A stretch of 45,788 bases of DNA from Candidatus Doudnabacteria bacterium (GCA_016186915.1 JACPKU010000007.1:1-45788), one strand, 5' to 3'; numbered from the stretch's first letter, positions 35,974 to 45,330 are shown. Made by a program: numbers and translations. Notes: generated by a model not told the origin, from the letters alone.

Positions 35974-36573
35974 TTAAGTGCGCCCAAACATACTAGCATA
36001 TTTCTTTTCTTCCTCAAAAGTCATGGGTATATCATCCTGAATCTTGTGCTGCTTACAATATTCGAGGAACAATGTCGAATAACCCTTATTAATCCCTTTG
36101 GTTAAAGACAGTCCTAATTTTGGCAAAAAAACATCCAGGGTGTTTTCCGCCGCCTCTATTTCCAGAAAATCTCCCAAAAAAGGCAGTTTATGAAATTCCA
36201 ATACTAGTCCTTCCAATTCGAATTTCGTCACAAACTTCTCCTTGATACGAAAATGATAAAACCCGATCTTTCTCAAAATCTCATCCATAACTTCGAAATT
36301 CTCTATTTTTGTCTGAATTTCAAATCTTTGCAGCAAATTCTGATGCTCCTCGCCCTTTTCCTTGTACGTAAAAACATTCCCATATGGGGCCTTTCGTAAT
36401 CTTAAATGCTTGCCGGTTGGATTGTCAAAATCAAAGTCTCCGGCTTGATTGTTGTACATAATATCCGACTCCAGTCCTTCTTGCTCGGAAATTTTTATTC
36501 CGCCCAAGGCCGCCACTTTTTTCATCAGAGCTTCCGGGTTGTCTAATTTTATTTTAACCTCAATCTCTTGCAT
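35974..36573 (-). CDS. CYTH / triphosphate tunnel metalloenzyme (class IV adenylate cyclase-like)
   Basis: EIEVK N-terminal motif, LRLR, TYK, E(I)QT, LG.FLEIE, Y near the C-terminus. Confidence 0.88.
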   Translation of the reverse strand: MQEIEVKIKLDNPEALMKKVAALGGIKISEQEGLESDIMYNNQAGDFDFDNPTGKHLRLRKAPYGNVFTYKEKGEEHQNLLQRFEIQTKIENFEVMDEILRKIGFYHFRIKEKFVTKFELEGLVLEFHKLPFLGDFLEIEAAENTLDVFLPKLGLSLTKGINKGYSTLFLEYCKQHKIQDDIPMTFEEEKKYASMFGRT

Positions 36574-36579
36574 AATTGT

Positions 36580-37110
36580 TCAAAAATCTATTCCCCGCTG
36601 CGCTAGTATACCTTTGTAATACGGGTGTTTTATCATTCGCATCTCGGTCACTAAGTCCGCAGCCTCGATTAATTTCTTGATGCGCTTATGGCCAGTCAAA
36701 CACAGGTGCACGGATTTGGGTTTGGATTTAATAATTTTTAACACATCGTCTGTACTTAAAAGTTTGGATTCTATCGCAGAGATTGCTTCGTCCAAAACAA
36801 CCAAGTCGTATTTTTTGCTTTTCAAAGCCTTGATACTTTCTTTCATGGCATTCTTTGCGGCCTTTATATGCTCTTCAATCGGTTTGCGATCTCCCAAGAT
36901 GCCCACGAATCCGCGGCCCATTAGTTTAACTTCAACATTTGGCAAGCTCGCTAAAATTTTCCGCTCCCCTGACGGCCAATCACCTTTGACAAATTGCAAA
37001 AATAAAACCTTAAACCCTGTGCCAGCAGCACGTATGGCTAATCCTGCTGCGGCACTAGTTTTTCCCTTTCCATCTCCTATATAAATTAGGGTTAAGCCTT
37101 TTTGATTCAT
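36580..37110 (-). CDS. cobO: ATP:cob(I)alamin adenosyltransferase (CobA/CobO/BtuR type)
   Basis: YIGDGKGKTSAA.G.A.RA.G, QFVKG..GE, YDLVVLDE, LTG, ADLVTEM..IKHPY..G..AQRGIDF. Confidence 0.95.
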   Translation of the reverse strand: MNQKGLTLIYIGDGKGKTSAAAGLAIRAAGTGFKVLFLQFVKGDWPSGERKILASLPNVEVKLMGRGFVGILGDRKPIEEHIKAAKNAMKESIKALKSKKYDLVVLDEAISAIESKLLSTDDVLKIIKSKPKSVHLCLTGHKRIKKLIEAADLVTEMRMIKHPYYKGILAQRGIDF

Positions 37111-37111
37111 G

Positions 37112-37525
37112 CTATCTAATTAAATTTAAGTCAGCATTTAAAATGGTGGGTTTAATGGCTTGCAGCTCAGTTTTGTAGATTGGATTGTCGGGAATTGGGT
37201 TAAGTAAATATATTTTTTGTTTCAAATAATAGGCAAGCGTGATATCCATAAATGAATTGCCGCCAATATAATTCTTAACGCCGTTTTTGTCGTAATTTAG
37301 GATCAACAACGCATCGCTGTTTTTCATACTATTCCAAAACGATTCGATCGCATTCTCGGAAAACTTTTGTTTCAATTTAATTTGTTCTTTCTCTTTCTGC
37401 GTTTTGCCGACCAGTTTCTCGGTATTCAAAGACAAGAATACCTGGTGGCCCATCTGTTCAAGCTTGCGCTTAACCTCCACCATCTGTTCTGCAAATTGCA
37501 TACTCCCACCCACGGCGATTTTCAT
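37112..37525 (-). CDS. Nucleoside 2-deoxyribosyltransferase-like protein
   Basis: KI..GGSM.F, SDA.L.LN....NYIGGN...D...AY...KKIYLLNPIP; start reassigned to the ATG at 37525. Confidence 0.6.
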   Translation of the reverse strand: MKIAVGGSMQFAEQMVEVKRKLEQMGHQVFLSLNTEKLVGKTQKEKEQIKLKQKFSENAIESFWNSMKNSDALLILNYDKNGVKNYIGGNSFMDITLAYYLKQKIYLLNPIPDNPIYKTELQAIKPTILNADLNLIR

Positions 37526-37724
37526 AAATTCTCTTTCGCTCCAAGCATAATTTTTAAGGCGGCGGTAACCCGCCGCCTTTCCTTTCTTTTCTTTATTCAC
37601 TTTCGAAATGCGGAACGCGAGGCGACGGGCTGCAAATTAACCCGCGCAGCACGACGGTGCAAGCGAGTAGGCTGCTCCGCCAGCAGGCGGAGACAGCCGG
37701 TAATTTACAGTCTGTCGCCGAGCA

Positions 37725-40331
37725 TTAACATTTCGAATACCCACACATTTCGCATTTCGTACACCCTTCTGCCATCACCAGCATATTCCCGCACTCTGGA
37801 CAAGCCGGGGCATGGCCCAAATCCGCCACTGACACTTTCTGCGCCACCATGGTCGTGCCATTGGTCTTGATCTCCGTGGTCACTGACTCATACACCAATT
37901 CTTCTTGCGGCTGGACTAATTTCGGCTCGATCTTGGGCAAATCAAGTTTCAGAGTGGTTTGTCCGCGCTTGGTGTGATTTTCCAAAACATTGGCAATCGC
38001 ATCCGGCAGAGACAAAATCCGCTCGCCGTTGTGAAATACCGGATCCGGCCCTCGGATGCCTTTGAGCTGGTCAATCACGTCAGAGATAGAGATTCCAGAA
38101 CGCAAAGACAGAGAAATCATCCGACAGATCGCCTCGGTTTGCGCGCCAAAGAACCCACCAGCCTTACCCAGCTGGGAAAAAACTTCAAACGGTCCGGTTT
38201 CGTCTTCGTTGATGGTCACGTAAAGATTGCCGTATGCTGTGGATATTTTATAGGTTGAACCCTGCATCACATCCGGCCGTTCTCTGGGTGAGATGTGTCC
38301 TATGTTCACAAGCCCTGGATTGGACTTAAGCTCTGGCGCCATTTCTATCTTTTGGTTCTTGGCCTCCACCTGTTCGGCTGCGTCCTTGCCCAATTTTTTA
38401 TGATCCACGGCCAAAATCTGCTCGTCTCTGGAACCGTCCCGATAAATCGTCCCGCCTTTGCAGCCTAGGTCATACATGGTTTCGTACAATTTTTTGGTTT
38501 GCTCAACAGTGTAATTTTCCGGCGCATTCACGGTCTTGCTAATTGCACTGTCAGTCCAGCGCTGCACCGCGGCCTGCACGGCCACGTGTTCTTCCGGACT
38601 TAACTCCATGGCAGTCGCATAATAATCCGGCAGCTCCTCGCCCGGATGCTCATCCAGCCAATTTTTGGCCAACTTAATATGCTCCTGATGCACACCAAGC
38701 CGGGATTTGCGAAAATAAGTCCAAGAAAAAAACGGCTCAATCCCAGTAGAAGTGCCGACCATCGTCCCTACCGTGCCTGTGGGCGCTTGGGTCATGATAG
38801 TGACATTGCGGATGCCGTACTGGCCGACCAAATGGCGGATATAGTCTGGCATCTGCTTCATATAGCCGCTTTGTAAAAATTTTTCTTTGTCGAATCTCGG
38901 AAACGAGCCTTTCTCGCGCGCCAAATCCACTGAAGTTTCGTAGGCCACCACTGCGATGTACTGGTACAGTTTGTCGATAAACTTCACGGCTTCCGGTGAG
39001 CCATACCGCAGCCCCAGATGAATCAGCATCTCTGCCAAACCGATCGTACCCATACCCACCCGGCGCTCGCTCATCTGCTGAAGCTTGTTCTCCTCAAAAA
39101 AGTAAGGGGTGGCGTCAATCACGTTGTCCTGGAAACGCACCGCAGAAGACACCGTGGTTTTAAGTTTGTTCCAATCCACGTCCTTTTTCTCCATGTCCAC
39201 GTGCTTGGCCAAATTAACATGTCCCAAATTGCACACGCCCCAAGCCGGCAGTGGCTGTTCACCGCAGGGATTGGTGCAGGAAAGAGGGGCAAAGTACCAA
39301 GAGTTGGAATAATGATTCGCTCGATCTATAAAATACATTCCCGGTTCAGCCGAAGCCCAGGCAGAAGAAATGATGTTGTCCCAGATATCCCGCGCCTTCA
39401 CGGTTTTATGCTTGACCACCTTGCCGCCCACTTGCTTCCAGCGCTTGATGTCTCCGTTCCAATACTCTTTATACAAAGGATCAGAAGGGTCAGGAAAAAT
39501 CAGATCCCAGGCTTCGTCATTTTTTACAGCTTGCATAAAGTCATCGGTAATTCCGACCGAAATGTTCGCGTTGGTAATTTTGCCCGCTTCTTTTTTGGAA
39601 TTAATAAAATCCAAAACATCGGGATGCCAGACATTGAGAATGAGCATCAGCGCTCCTCGCCGCGAGCCCCCTTGTTCAATCAGGCCAGTGACAAAGCTAT
39701 ACAAAGACGCCCAGGATACGGCGCCTGAAGACCGGCCGTTTACGCCTTTCACATAGGAATACCGAGGGCGCAGGGAAGAAACATTGATGCCCACCCCGCC
39801 GCCGCGCGACATAATTTCGGCCATTTGCGTCAAAGTTTCAAAAATCCCACCCCGGCTGTCGTCAGGAGACGGGATCACATAGCAATTATAAAAAGTTAAA
39901 TTCTGACCGGTGCCGGCGCCGGTAAAAATTCTGCCGGCAGGCACGTATTTCCAATCATCCATCAGTTCCCGGAACCTGCCTTCCCATTCTGCCTGCAATT
40001 CCTCGGTTTCCTCCACGCTGGCCACGTGGCGCGCCACCCGATCAAACATTTGTTCTGGTGCAGTTTCCAAAGGCTTGTCCACATGCTCGACTGCCCGCGT
40101 CTCTGTGGAGCCATCGCGCATCTTCACGGTCACCTGCCGGTTTGTTTCATCAATGCTTTCCACTGTGCCAATCTCTCGGTGTCCGGTTTTGAGATTGACG
40201 CAGACCACGGCCAAATCGCCGATCTTCAAGGTTTCTTTCTTTGCATCTTTTACCGCGTATCGATCCAGAAAAATTTTTTCACCCAGTTCGCTTAAGGCAT
40301 TTTTGGTTCTTGCCTGCAAGTTCTCGTGCAT
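37725..40331 (-). CDS. nrdJ: Class II (adenosylcobalamin-dependent) ribonucleotide reductase
   Basis: TFYNCYV, GGGVG, QGGSRRGALM, TNPCGEQPL...CNLG, APTGT, ISKT.N, KG.TIYRDGSR, TSCPD-like domain and C-terminal Cys cluster. Confidence 0.96.
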   Translation of the reverse strand: MHENLQARTKNALSELGEKIFLDRYAVKDAKKETLKIGDLAVVCVNLKTGHREIGTVESIDETNRQVTVKMRDGSTETRAVEHVDKPLETAPEQMFDRVARHVASVEETEELQAEWEGRFRELMDDWKYVPAGRIFTGAGTGQNLTFYNCYVIPSPDDSRGGIFETLTQMAEIMSRGGGVGINVSSLRPRYSYVKGVNGRSSGAVSWASLYSFVTGLIEQGGSRRGALMLILNVWHPDVLDFINSKKEAGKITNANISVGITDDFMQAVKNDEAWDLIFPDPSDPLYKEYWNGDIKRWKQVGGKVVKHKTVKARDIWDNIISSAWASAEPGMYFIDRANHYSNSWYFAPLSCTNPCGEQPLPAWGVCNLGHVNLAKHVDMEKKDVDWNKLKTTVSSAVRFQDNVIDATPYFFEENKLQQMSERRVGMGTIGLAEMLIHLGLRYGSPEAVKFIDKLYQYIAVVAYETSVDLAREKGSFPRFDKEKFLQSGYMKQMPDYIRHLVGQYGIRNVTIMTQAPTGTVGTMVGTSTGIEPFFSWTYFRKSRLGVHQEHIKLAKNWLDEHPGEELPDYYATAMELSPEEHVAVQAAVQRWTDSAISKTVNAPENYTVEQTKKLYETMYDLGCKGGTIYRDGSRDEQILAVDHKKLGKDAAEQVEAKNQKIEMAPELKSNPGLVNIGHISPRERPDVMQGSTYKISTAYGNLYVTINEDETGPFEVFSQLGKAGGFFGAQTEAICRMISLSLRSGISISDVIDQLKGIRGPDPVFHNGERILSLPDAIANVLENHTKRGQTTLKLDLPKIEPKLVQPQEELVYESVTTEIKTNGTTMVAQKVSVADLGHAPACPECGNMLVMAEGCTKCEMCGYSKC

Positions 40332-40461
40332 GTTTGTTTCCTTTAGTTAATTCTTTAATTATAATAGCGATCCGAATGATCCAAATCATCATCCGAATTA
40401 TCCGAATCTTAAACTCAAATTATTCGTGTCATTCGGATGTCATTCGTAGATTGGGATCGCA

Positions 40462-40905
40462 TTAAAGTTTTTTCGCTTCGCGGACGAATTCGTCTACGTC
40501 CTGGAATTGCCTGTACACGGAGGCAAAACGAATGTAAGCCACCTGGTCTTTCTTTTTAATCTGTTTCATCACAATACTGCCGATGTCTTTGCTGCCAATC
40601 TCGCTTTTCCCGCTTTTTTGAATGTCCTGTTCAATCGCGGATACAATCTGGATAAAATCATCTCGGGTCAGCGGCCGTTTTTCAAATGCCTTGCGGATAC
40701 CCGACTCGATCTTTTCCCGCATATACGGCTGCTTGGTGCCGTCGCGCTTAACCACGGTCAGATCCAGAATTTCCATCTCCTCATGGGTGGAGAACCGAAA
40801 ACCGCATTTAATGCATTCGCGCCTGCGGCGAATCGCCATACCTTCGTTAAGCGGCCGGGAATCTAGGACTTTGGTATCTTCATGAGAACACTTGGGGCAC
40901 TTCAT
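40462..40905 (-). CDS. nrdR: Transcriptional repressor NrdR
   Basis: MKCPKC...KVLDSR...IRRRREC..C..RF.T.E, ATP cone, VAYIRFASVYR.F. Confidence 0.97.
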   Translation of the reverse strand: MKCPKCSHEDTKVLDSRPLNEGMAIRRRRECIKCGFRFSTHEEMEILDLTVVKRDGTKQPYMREKIESGIRKAFEKRPLTRDDFIQIVSAIEQDIQKSGKSEIGSKDIGSIVMKQIKKKDQVAYIRFASVYRQFQDVDEFVREAKKL

Positions 40906-41033
40906 AAATTTTGGGCTCAAAAAAAATAAAAGAGATTACTCCTGGATTAAGCCTCTCGGTTAAGCTTGTCAAAATGAACGAACTATGTTTGATTTCGATT
41001 TTGTGCCTGCAAACCTTAAGATTTCAAGGTTCA

Positions 41034-41089
41034 ACACAATATATAGTATTAACCTTATTTAATATAGCCCTATATATAGAACCTGTCAA
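41034..41089 (-). promoter_or_regulatory. nrdR-nrdJ promoter with tandem NrdR boxes
   Basis: TTGACA(41084-41089)-17-TATATT; boxes ACACAATATATAGTAT (41034-41049) and GCCCTATATATAGAAC (41067-41082), 33 bp apart. Confidence 0.8.
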
Positions 41090-41443
41090 AAATCGGTTTT
41101 TCCGCAATTTTTTCAAATTTTCCCATAATCTGGAAAAACTTATCAACAAAATCGCCCCTCCCAAAGTTTTCAATGTCAAGGCCAAAGCCAAAGACAAAAA
41201 TGGGATGATAACGTTGTAGAAAAGCATGATTATAATAATTCTGGGTCTCGCCCCGTACCTCCCTTGCCGGCAGGCAGGATGGTGCGGGGTCAAGGCCTCT
41301 CAATCCCTTCTTTTTAGCGAGAGATGGATATAAAACTAGCCTGCGCAGCACGGCGGTGCGAGCAAGCAGGCCGCCCCGCCAGCAGGCGGGGACGGCCGAT
41401 AGTTTTATAGCCCATCTCGAGCGGCATATGCCCGAGCGCTTTC

Positions 41444-41472
41444 TTGACAAACTTTTTTTTGAGGTTTAAGAT
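41444..41472 (+). promoter_or_regulatory. sigma70 promoter upstream of the riboswitch
   Basis: TTGACA-17-TAAGAT. Confidence 0.7.
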
Positions 41473-41494
41473 CAATTTACCTTAATAAATTAAT

Positions 41495-41732
41495 ATCCAG
41501 ATAACTCCCCGCAAGGGGTCGGTTAGGGAAACCGGTGCGTTCGTCTCTAAAAAAGACACTAGTCCGGTGCTGTGCCGCAACTGTAATTGTATCTTTCAGT
41601 TTAGTTCTCCCCTTTTAGGGGAGATGTCACGAAGTGACAGAGAGGTCTATAACCCTCTCTCGGCGCTTCGCGCCACTCTCTCCCTCAAGGGAGAGAGTTA
41701 AGCTGAAGATTACATAAGCCAGAGTACTAACC
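41495..41732 (+). ncRNA. Cobalamin riboswitch
   Basis: AGGGAAACCGGTG...AGTCCGGTGCTGTGCCGCAACTGT...AAGCCAGA core motifs; B12-binding-type gene downstream. Confidence 0.9.
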
Positions 41733-41798
41733 AGTTATTTTGCCAGTTACTCTCTCTTCGAGCAAAGAGAAGGGATTTTGTTTTCTCCAAAAAACAAT

Positions 41799-41832
41799 CT
41801 TACCCGTCTCTTAACCAAGACGGGTAATTTTT
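41799..41832 (+). terminator. Riboswitch expression-platform terminator directly before the ATG
   Basis: TTACCCGTCT..AGACGGGTAA plus TTTTT. Confidence 0.75.
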
Positions 41833-43644
41833 ATGGAGAAAAATATGAGAAAACGAACTGCTTGGGTTTTAATCGGGTTACTAATTTATTTTCCGCTCAA
41901 CGCCTTAGCAACATTTAACTCTTCCGGAGCACAGAGTTACCTTTTGGCGCACGGCAGCAACCCCTGGTCTACGATCGCATTGGTTTCGCTGAACGCTTCC
42001 TCGATACCCACCAATCATCTGACCAATGTTTCCGGTAATTCAGCAATCGAGTACGCCGCCCCGATCCTGGCTATAACCGCGCTGAACAAAGATCCAAGAA
42101 GCTTTGGCAGTACTGACTTGGTTTCGAAGTTAAAATCTTTTCACGACAACGGCCAAATTGGCGATCCCGTAACCCTCAACGACGATTTATTCGGCATCTT
42201 GGCTCTGGTTTCCGCAGGAGAAAGCAAGGCTAGCCCAATCCTTACAGATGCCAAAAACTTTTTGACCTCAAACCAAAACCCAGACGGCGGCTGGGGATTT
42301 ACCACAAGTAGTCCGTCGGATACTAATATGACCGCGGCGGGTATCTTGGCCTTAAAATCTTTAGACATTAACACTGCTGATAATCACATCCAATCGGCCT
42401 TGAACTATTTACAAGCCGCGCAGAACGATGACGGCGGCTTTCCTTATGACCCCCAAAGCTCATTTGGCACAGCTTCTGATTCTTCCTCAACTGCTTGGGT
42501 AATCTGGGCGCTGAACAGCCTTAACATCAATCCCGCGACCTGGAACAAAACCGGCGGGAACCCAACTAGTTATCTGGAAAGCACGCAAACTAACAGTGGC
42601 TTTTTTGAGTATCAATCCGGCTCAGGCGAAGACGCTTTTTCTGCCATCACCACGGCTTACGCTGCAATCGCGCTGCAAGGGAAAACTCTACCGCTAAACA
42701 TTATCAAGTCGGCAAGCAGTCTGCCAGTGATTCCTTTCCGCATTGAAGGATCCCAGTCCACGGTTTGTGAAGGGTCCATCCCTGGCCCGACTGCTTTGGA
42801 TGTAGTGAAAAATGCCGCTGAAATTTGCAACTTCACTTACAATGTCCAGGAACTTAGCTTCGGTCCTTATCTAAAACAAATCAACAATGACACGGCGCAA
42901 GGCTTGATTGGCTGGATCTATCTGGTCAATAACACTCCTCCCAGCGTGGGAGCGGCTGACTTTGTGCTTGGAGCCTCTGACGAACTGCTCTGGTTCTATG
43001 GTAACTTTGACGATAAACCTACCCGATTAAACTTATCCAATCCCCAAATCAGTACAAACCAATCAGCCACAGTAACAGTGGAGTCATTTGCCAACAATAC
43101 CTGGACGCCTCTCAACGCCGCTGAAGTATTTTATGCAACCAGTACTGCCACCACTGGCGCAAATGGACAGGCAACCATCAGCCCAGATGACGGCTTCTAC
43201 AAAATCTACGCAGAGAAACAAGGATTTATCCGCAGCAACCGCAAGCTTCTGAAAGTTGGCGAACCTGCGCAAGGATCAGTCAACCTTTCTGCCAATGTTT
43301 TACCGGGTGACGTGCTTGGCGAAGATAACGAACAATCTTCAGTGAGCTTCACCATGGATCTGAACAGTGTTGATTTTGGCACGCTTAATCCCGGCACAGA
43401 AAAATCCCAAACCATCAAGCTTACCAACACTGGCTCAACTGCCCTGACAATAGAGAGTATTGTGGAAGGTGATAGTCTGTTTGTTGATCATCTGCTCATT
43501 GATCAAAGCTTGTGGAAAGTGTTCAGCACAAAGCTGGCCGTGGATCAAGCAAAAAGCCAGCAGCTCAAACTTAAGATTCCTGCCAGCTATTCAGGCAGCG
43601 GCAGCAAAACCGGCACCCTGACTTTCTGGGCACAAGCCAACTAA
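41833..43644 (+). CDS. Secreted transcobalamin-like protein: prenyltransferase-repeat alpha barrel, DUF4430 and Ig-like domains
   Basis: QNPDGGWG, QNDDGGF, SDTNMTA repeats; then TALD...FGPYLKQIN...GWIYLVN...VGA.D.....D.LLW. Confidence 0.85.
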   Translation: MEKNMRKRTAWVLIGLLIYFPLNALATFNSSGAQSYLLAHGSNPWSTIALVSLNASSIPTNHLTNVSGNSAIEYAAPILAITALNKDPRSFGSTDLVSKLKSFHDNGQIGDPVTLNDDLFGILALVSAGESKASPILTDAKNFLTSNQNPDGGWGFTTSSPSDTNMTAAGILALKSLDINTADNHIQSALNYLQAAQNDDGGFPYDPQSSFGTASDSSSTAWVIWALNSLNINPATWNKTGGNPTSYLESTQTNSGFFEYQSGSGEDAFSAITTAYAAIALQGKTLPLNIIKSASSLPVIPFRIEGSQSTVCEGSIPGPTALDVVKNAAEICNFTYNVQELSFGPYLKQINNDTAQGLIGWIYLVNNTPPSVGAADFVLGASDELLWFYGNFDDKPTRLNLSNPQISTNQSATVTVESFANNTWTPLNAAEVFYATSTATTGANGQATISPDDGFYKIYAEKQGFIRSNRKLLKVGEPAQGSVNLSANVLPGDVLGEDNEQSSVSFTMDLNSVDFGTLNPGTEKSQTIKLTNTGSTALTIESIVEGDSLFVDHLLIDQSLWKVFSTKLAVDQAKSQQLKLKIPASYSGSGSKTGTLTFWAQAN

Positions 43645-43648
43645 ACTT

Positions 43649-44146
43649 ATGAAAAAAATCTGGCTTTCGGCTCTGCTGTTTCCTTCTATGGTGTCTGCCG
43701 CTGGCATTGATATTAGTCCTGCCAAGATCGATCTGGAAACCCACAAAGACCAGACAGCAGAACAAGTAATCACGGTGGCAAATCCCACTGCAGATGTGCA
43801 GGTGTTCGAAGTGTATGCAGATGATTTTAAAAATCTGTTTACCTTTACACCTGCCAGTTTTACCCTGGAAGCAGGCGAGAGAAAAACAGTAACCCTTAGT
43901 TTTGATGGTAAGTCAACCGATTCGGCATTGCTGTCCACCAATATCTCGGTGCTGGCCACCCCTCTGGCAGACGCCAGATTTAATGCCAACACTGGGGTCA
44001 AGATCCCGACCACGGTAAGAATCTCGGAAGGCGGTAATTCTTCGAACTGGGTAAACAAGGATCTGATATTTTTTGGAACGCTTGGACTAGTTCTGCTTTA
44101 CTTAATCTTCAGACTCATCAAAGCCAAGCAGGATCACAATATCTAA
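43649..44146 (+). CDS. Secreted Ig/PapD-like protein with C-terminal membrane anchor
   Basis: Signal peptide, GIDISPAKI, TPASFTLEAGE.K.V, C-terminal TM. Confidence 0.7.
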   Translation: MKKIWLSALLFPSMVSAAGIDISPAKIDLETHKDQTAEQVITVANPTADVQVFEVYADDFKNLFTFTPASFTLEAGERKTVTLSFDGKSTDSALLSTNISVLATPLADARFNANTGVKIPTTVRISEGGNSSNWVNKDLIFFGTLGLVLLYLIFRLIKAKQDHNI

Positions 44147-44342
44147 CGAAAAAAGCAGGGCAGCGATTGTACGGCCCGCCGAACGCGAGCCTTAAAATAC
44201 ACTCTCGGTTTTTGTCCTCACTAACCTACACACTGCTGTTTGTACCAATTACCAAGCGATAGATACGTAGTGGTACAACTTCAATTTAAAACCACTTAAA
44301 ACCACAGTGCCGGATGCGACGTGATGTGGTGATTGAACTATG

Positions 44343-44372
44343 ATAGCACTATAGGTTGATTGTGATACAATT
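44343..44372. repeat. 30-bp direct repeat flanking the second PaaX/Cas2-like gene (partner at 44964-44993)
   Basis: ATAGCACTATAGGTTGATTGTGATACAATT vs ATAGCACTATAGGTCGATGATGTTACAATT, 26/30 identical. Confidence 0.85.
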
Positions 44373-44395
44373 CATCATCACCGACTCGGACTTGC

Positions 44396-44962
44396 TTATA
44401 GACTAAAAAATTTACGCAACTCTTTGTCTAAATCCGTATAAACTACTTCCGCGAATAATGTATACTTGGCCACCTCATAGTATTCTGCCACTGTTTGAAG
44501 TTCCTTCCGACAATCATAAGGATATGCAAATAAGCTGCGCTGAATGTTATAACAACCTAGCGATTTTAACTTCCGTCGCATCATATTTCTGGCGGTGGTC
44601 AATTCCTGTGGTATATCAAAACTAAACAAACGCCACTTGCCGTCCCAGGCCTTGGGCTTGGGCAGGGCCAGCTTCTCAAACTCGACTCGCTTAAGCCACT
44701 TTCGTCCTTTTGGCAAAAGCCTAATTAACCAGCCCTCGTTGGTTTTAGTCAAGGCCACATATCCTTTCTTTTGCAACTTTTTAACTTCACGGTTAAACTC
44801 GTAACGGCGAAAATAGTATCTCGTAGCCCCGATTACTAAAGCGTACAAAGCAAAAGGAGATGTAATAGCCGCCGGGATTATAAAGGCCCAGATTAACCCA
44901 TCCGCAATTTTGTCCGCAATGCCCTTGGTTTCAATTTTCGGCTTCTTCTTCAATTGGTACAT
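44396..44962 (-). CDS. Second PaaX-like (wHTH plus Cas2-like) protein
   Basis: PKAWDGKWRLFSFDIP....AR...RRKL..LG...IQRSLF.YPYDC; start reassigned to the ATG at 44962. Confidence 0.85.
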   Translation of the reverse strand: MYQLKKKPKIETKGIADKIADGLIWAFIIPAAITSPFALYALVIGATRYYFRRYEFNREVKKLQKKGYVALTKTNEGWLIRLLPKGRKWLKRVEFEKLALPKPKAWDGKWRLFSFDIPQELTTARNMMRRKLKSLGCYNIQRSLFAYPYDCRKELQTVAEYYEVAKYTLFAEVVYTDLDKELRKFFSL

Positions 44963-45107
44963 AATAGCACTATAGGTCGATGATGTTACAATTTTTATAT
45001 ATTCAGTATAGCACAACTGTAAAAATTTCCATGTCAACAAAAAGCAAATTAGACAAAAAAATAGGCGGTGCGAGGGGTTAACCCACTCGCCCGCCTTTTG
45101 GTTTCGG

Positions 45108-45314
45108 TCAGCTCGAGACAGCCACTTCGTCTTGCTTCGCGAAGTAGTAGCCCTTACCGTCGTCGAGACAGACCGCGTTGCGCTCGCCGAGCGTCTCGGC
45201 CAGCTTGAGGAACTGGCCATCTGTGCCCGACGAATGCCGGGCGTAGAATTGTCCCGCTGGCGCCACCATCTCGAACGTGGTATCCGGCCTCGGCGGCCTC
45301 GCCCCTCGAATCAT
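45108..45314 (-). CDS. Orphan 68-aa protein in a GC-richer islet
   Basis: AAGGAGGA SD; terminator GGCGG-GCGAG..CTCGC-CCGCC plus T-run at about 45056-45096. Confidence 0.6.
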   Translation of the reverse strand: MIRGARPPRPDTTFEMVAPAGQFYARHSSGTDGQFLKLAETLGERNAVCLDDGKGYYFAKQDEVAVSS

Positions 45315-45330
45315 GCGTCCTCCTTAGACT

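Noticed and set aside
37725-40331. Intein or intron in nrdJ
   Set aside because: Frame is continuous, length is normal, and I saw no C...HN splice motifs or homing-endonuclease block
44963-45220. N-terminal extension of the 274-aa ORF 44396-45220
   Set aside because: Crosses a terminator, an AT-rich intergenic region and another ORF; family-like sequence starts at the ATG at 44962
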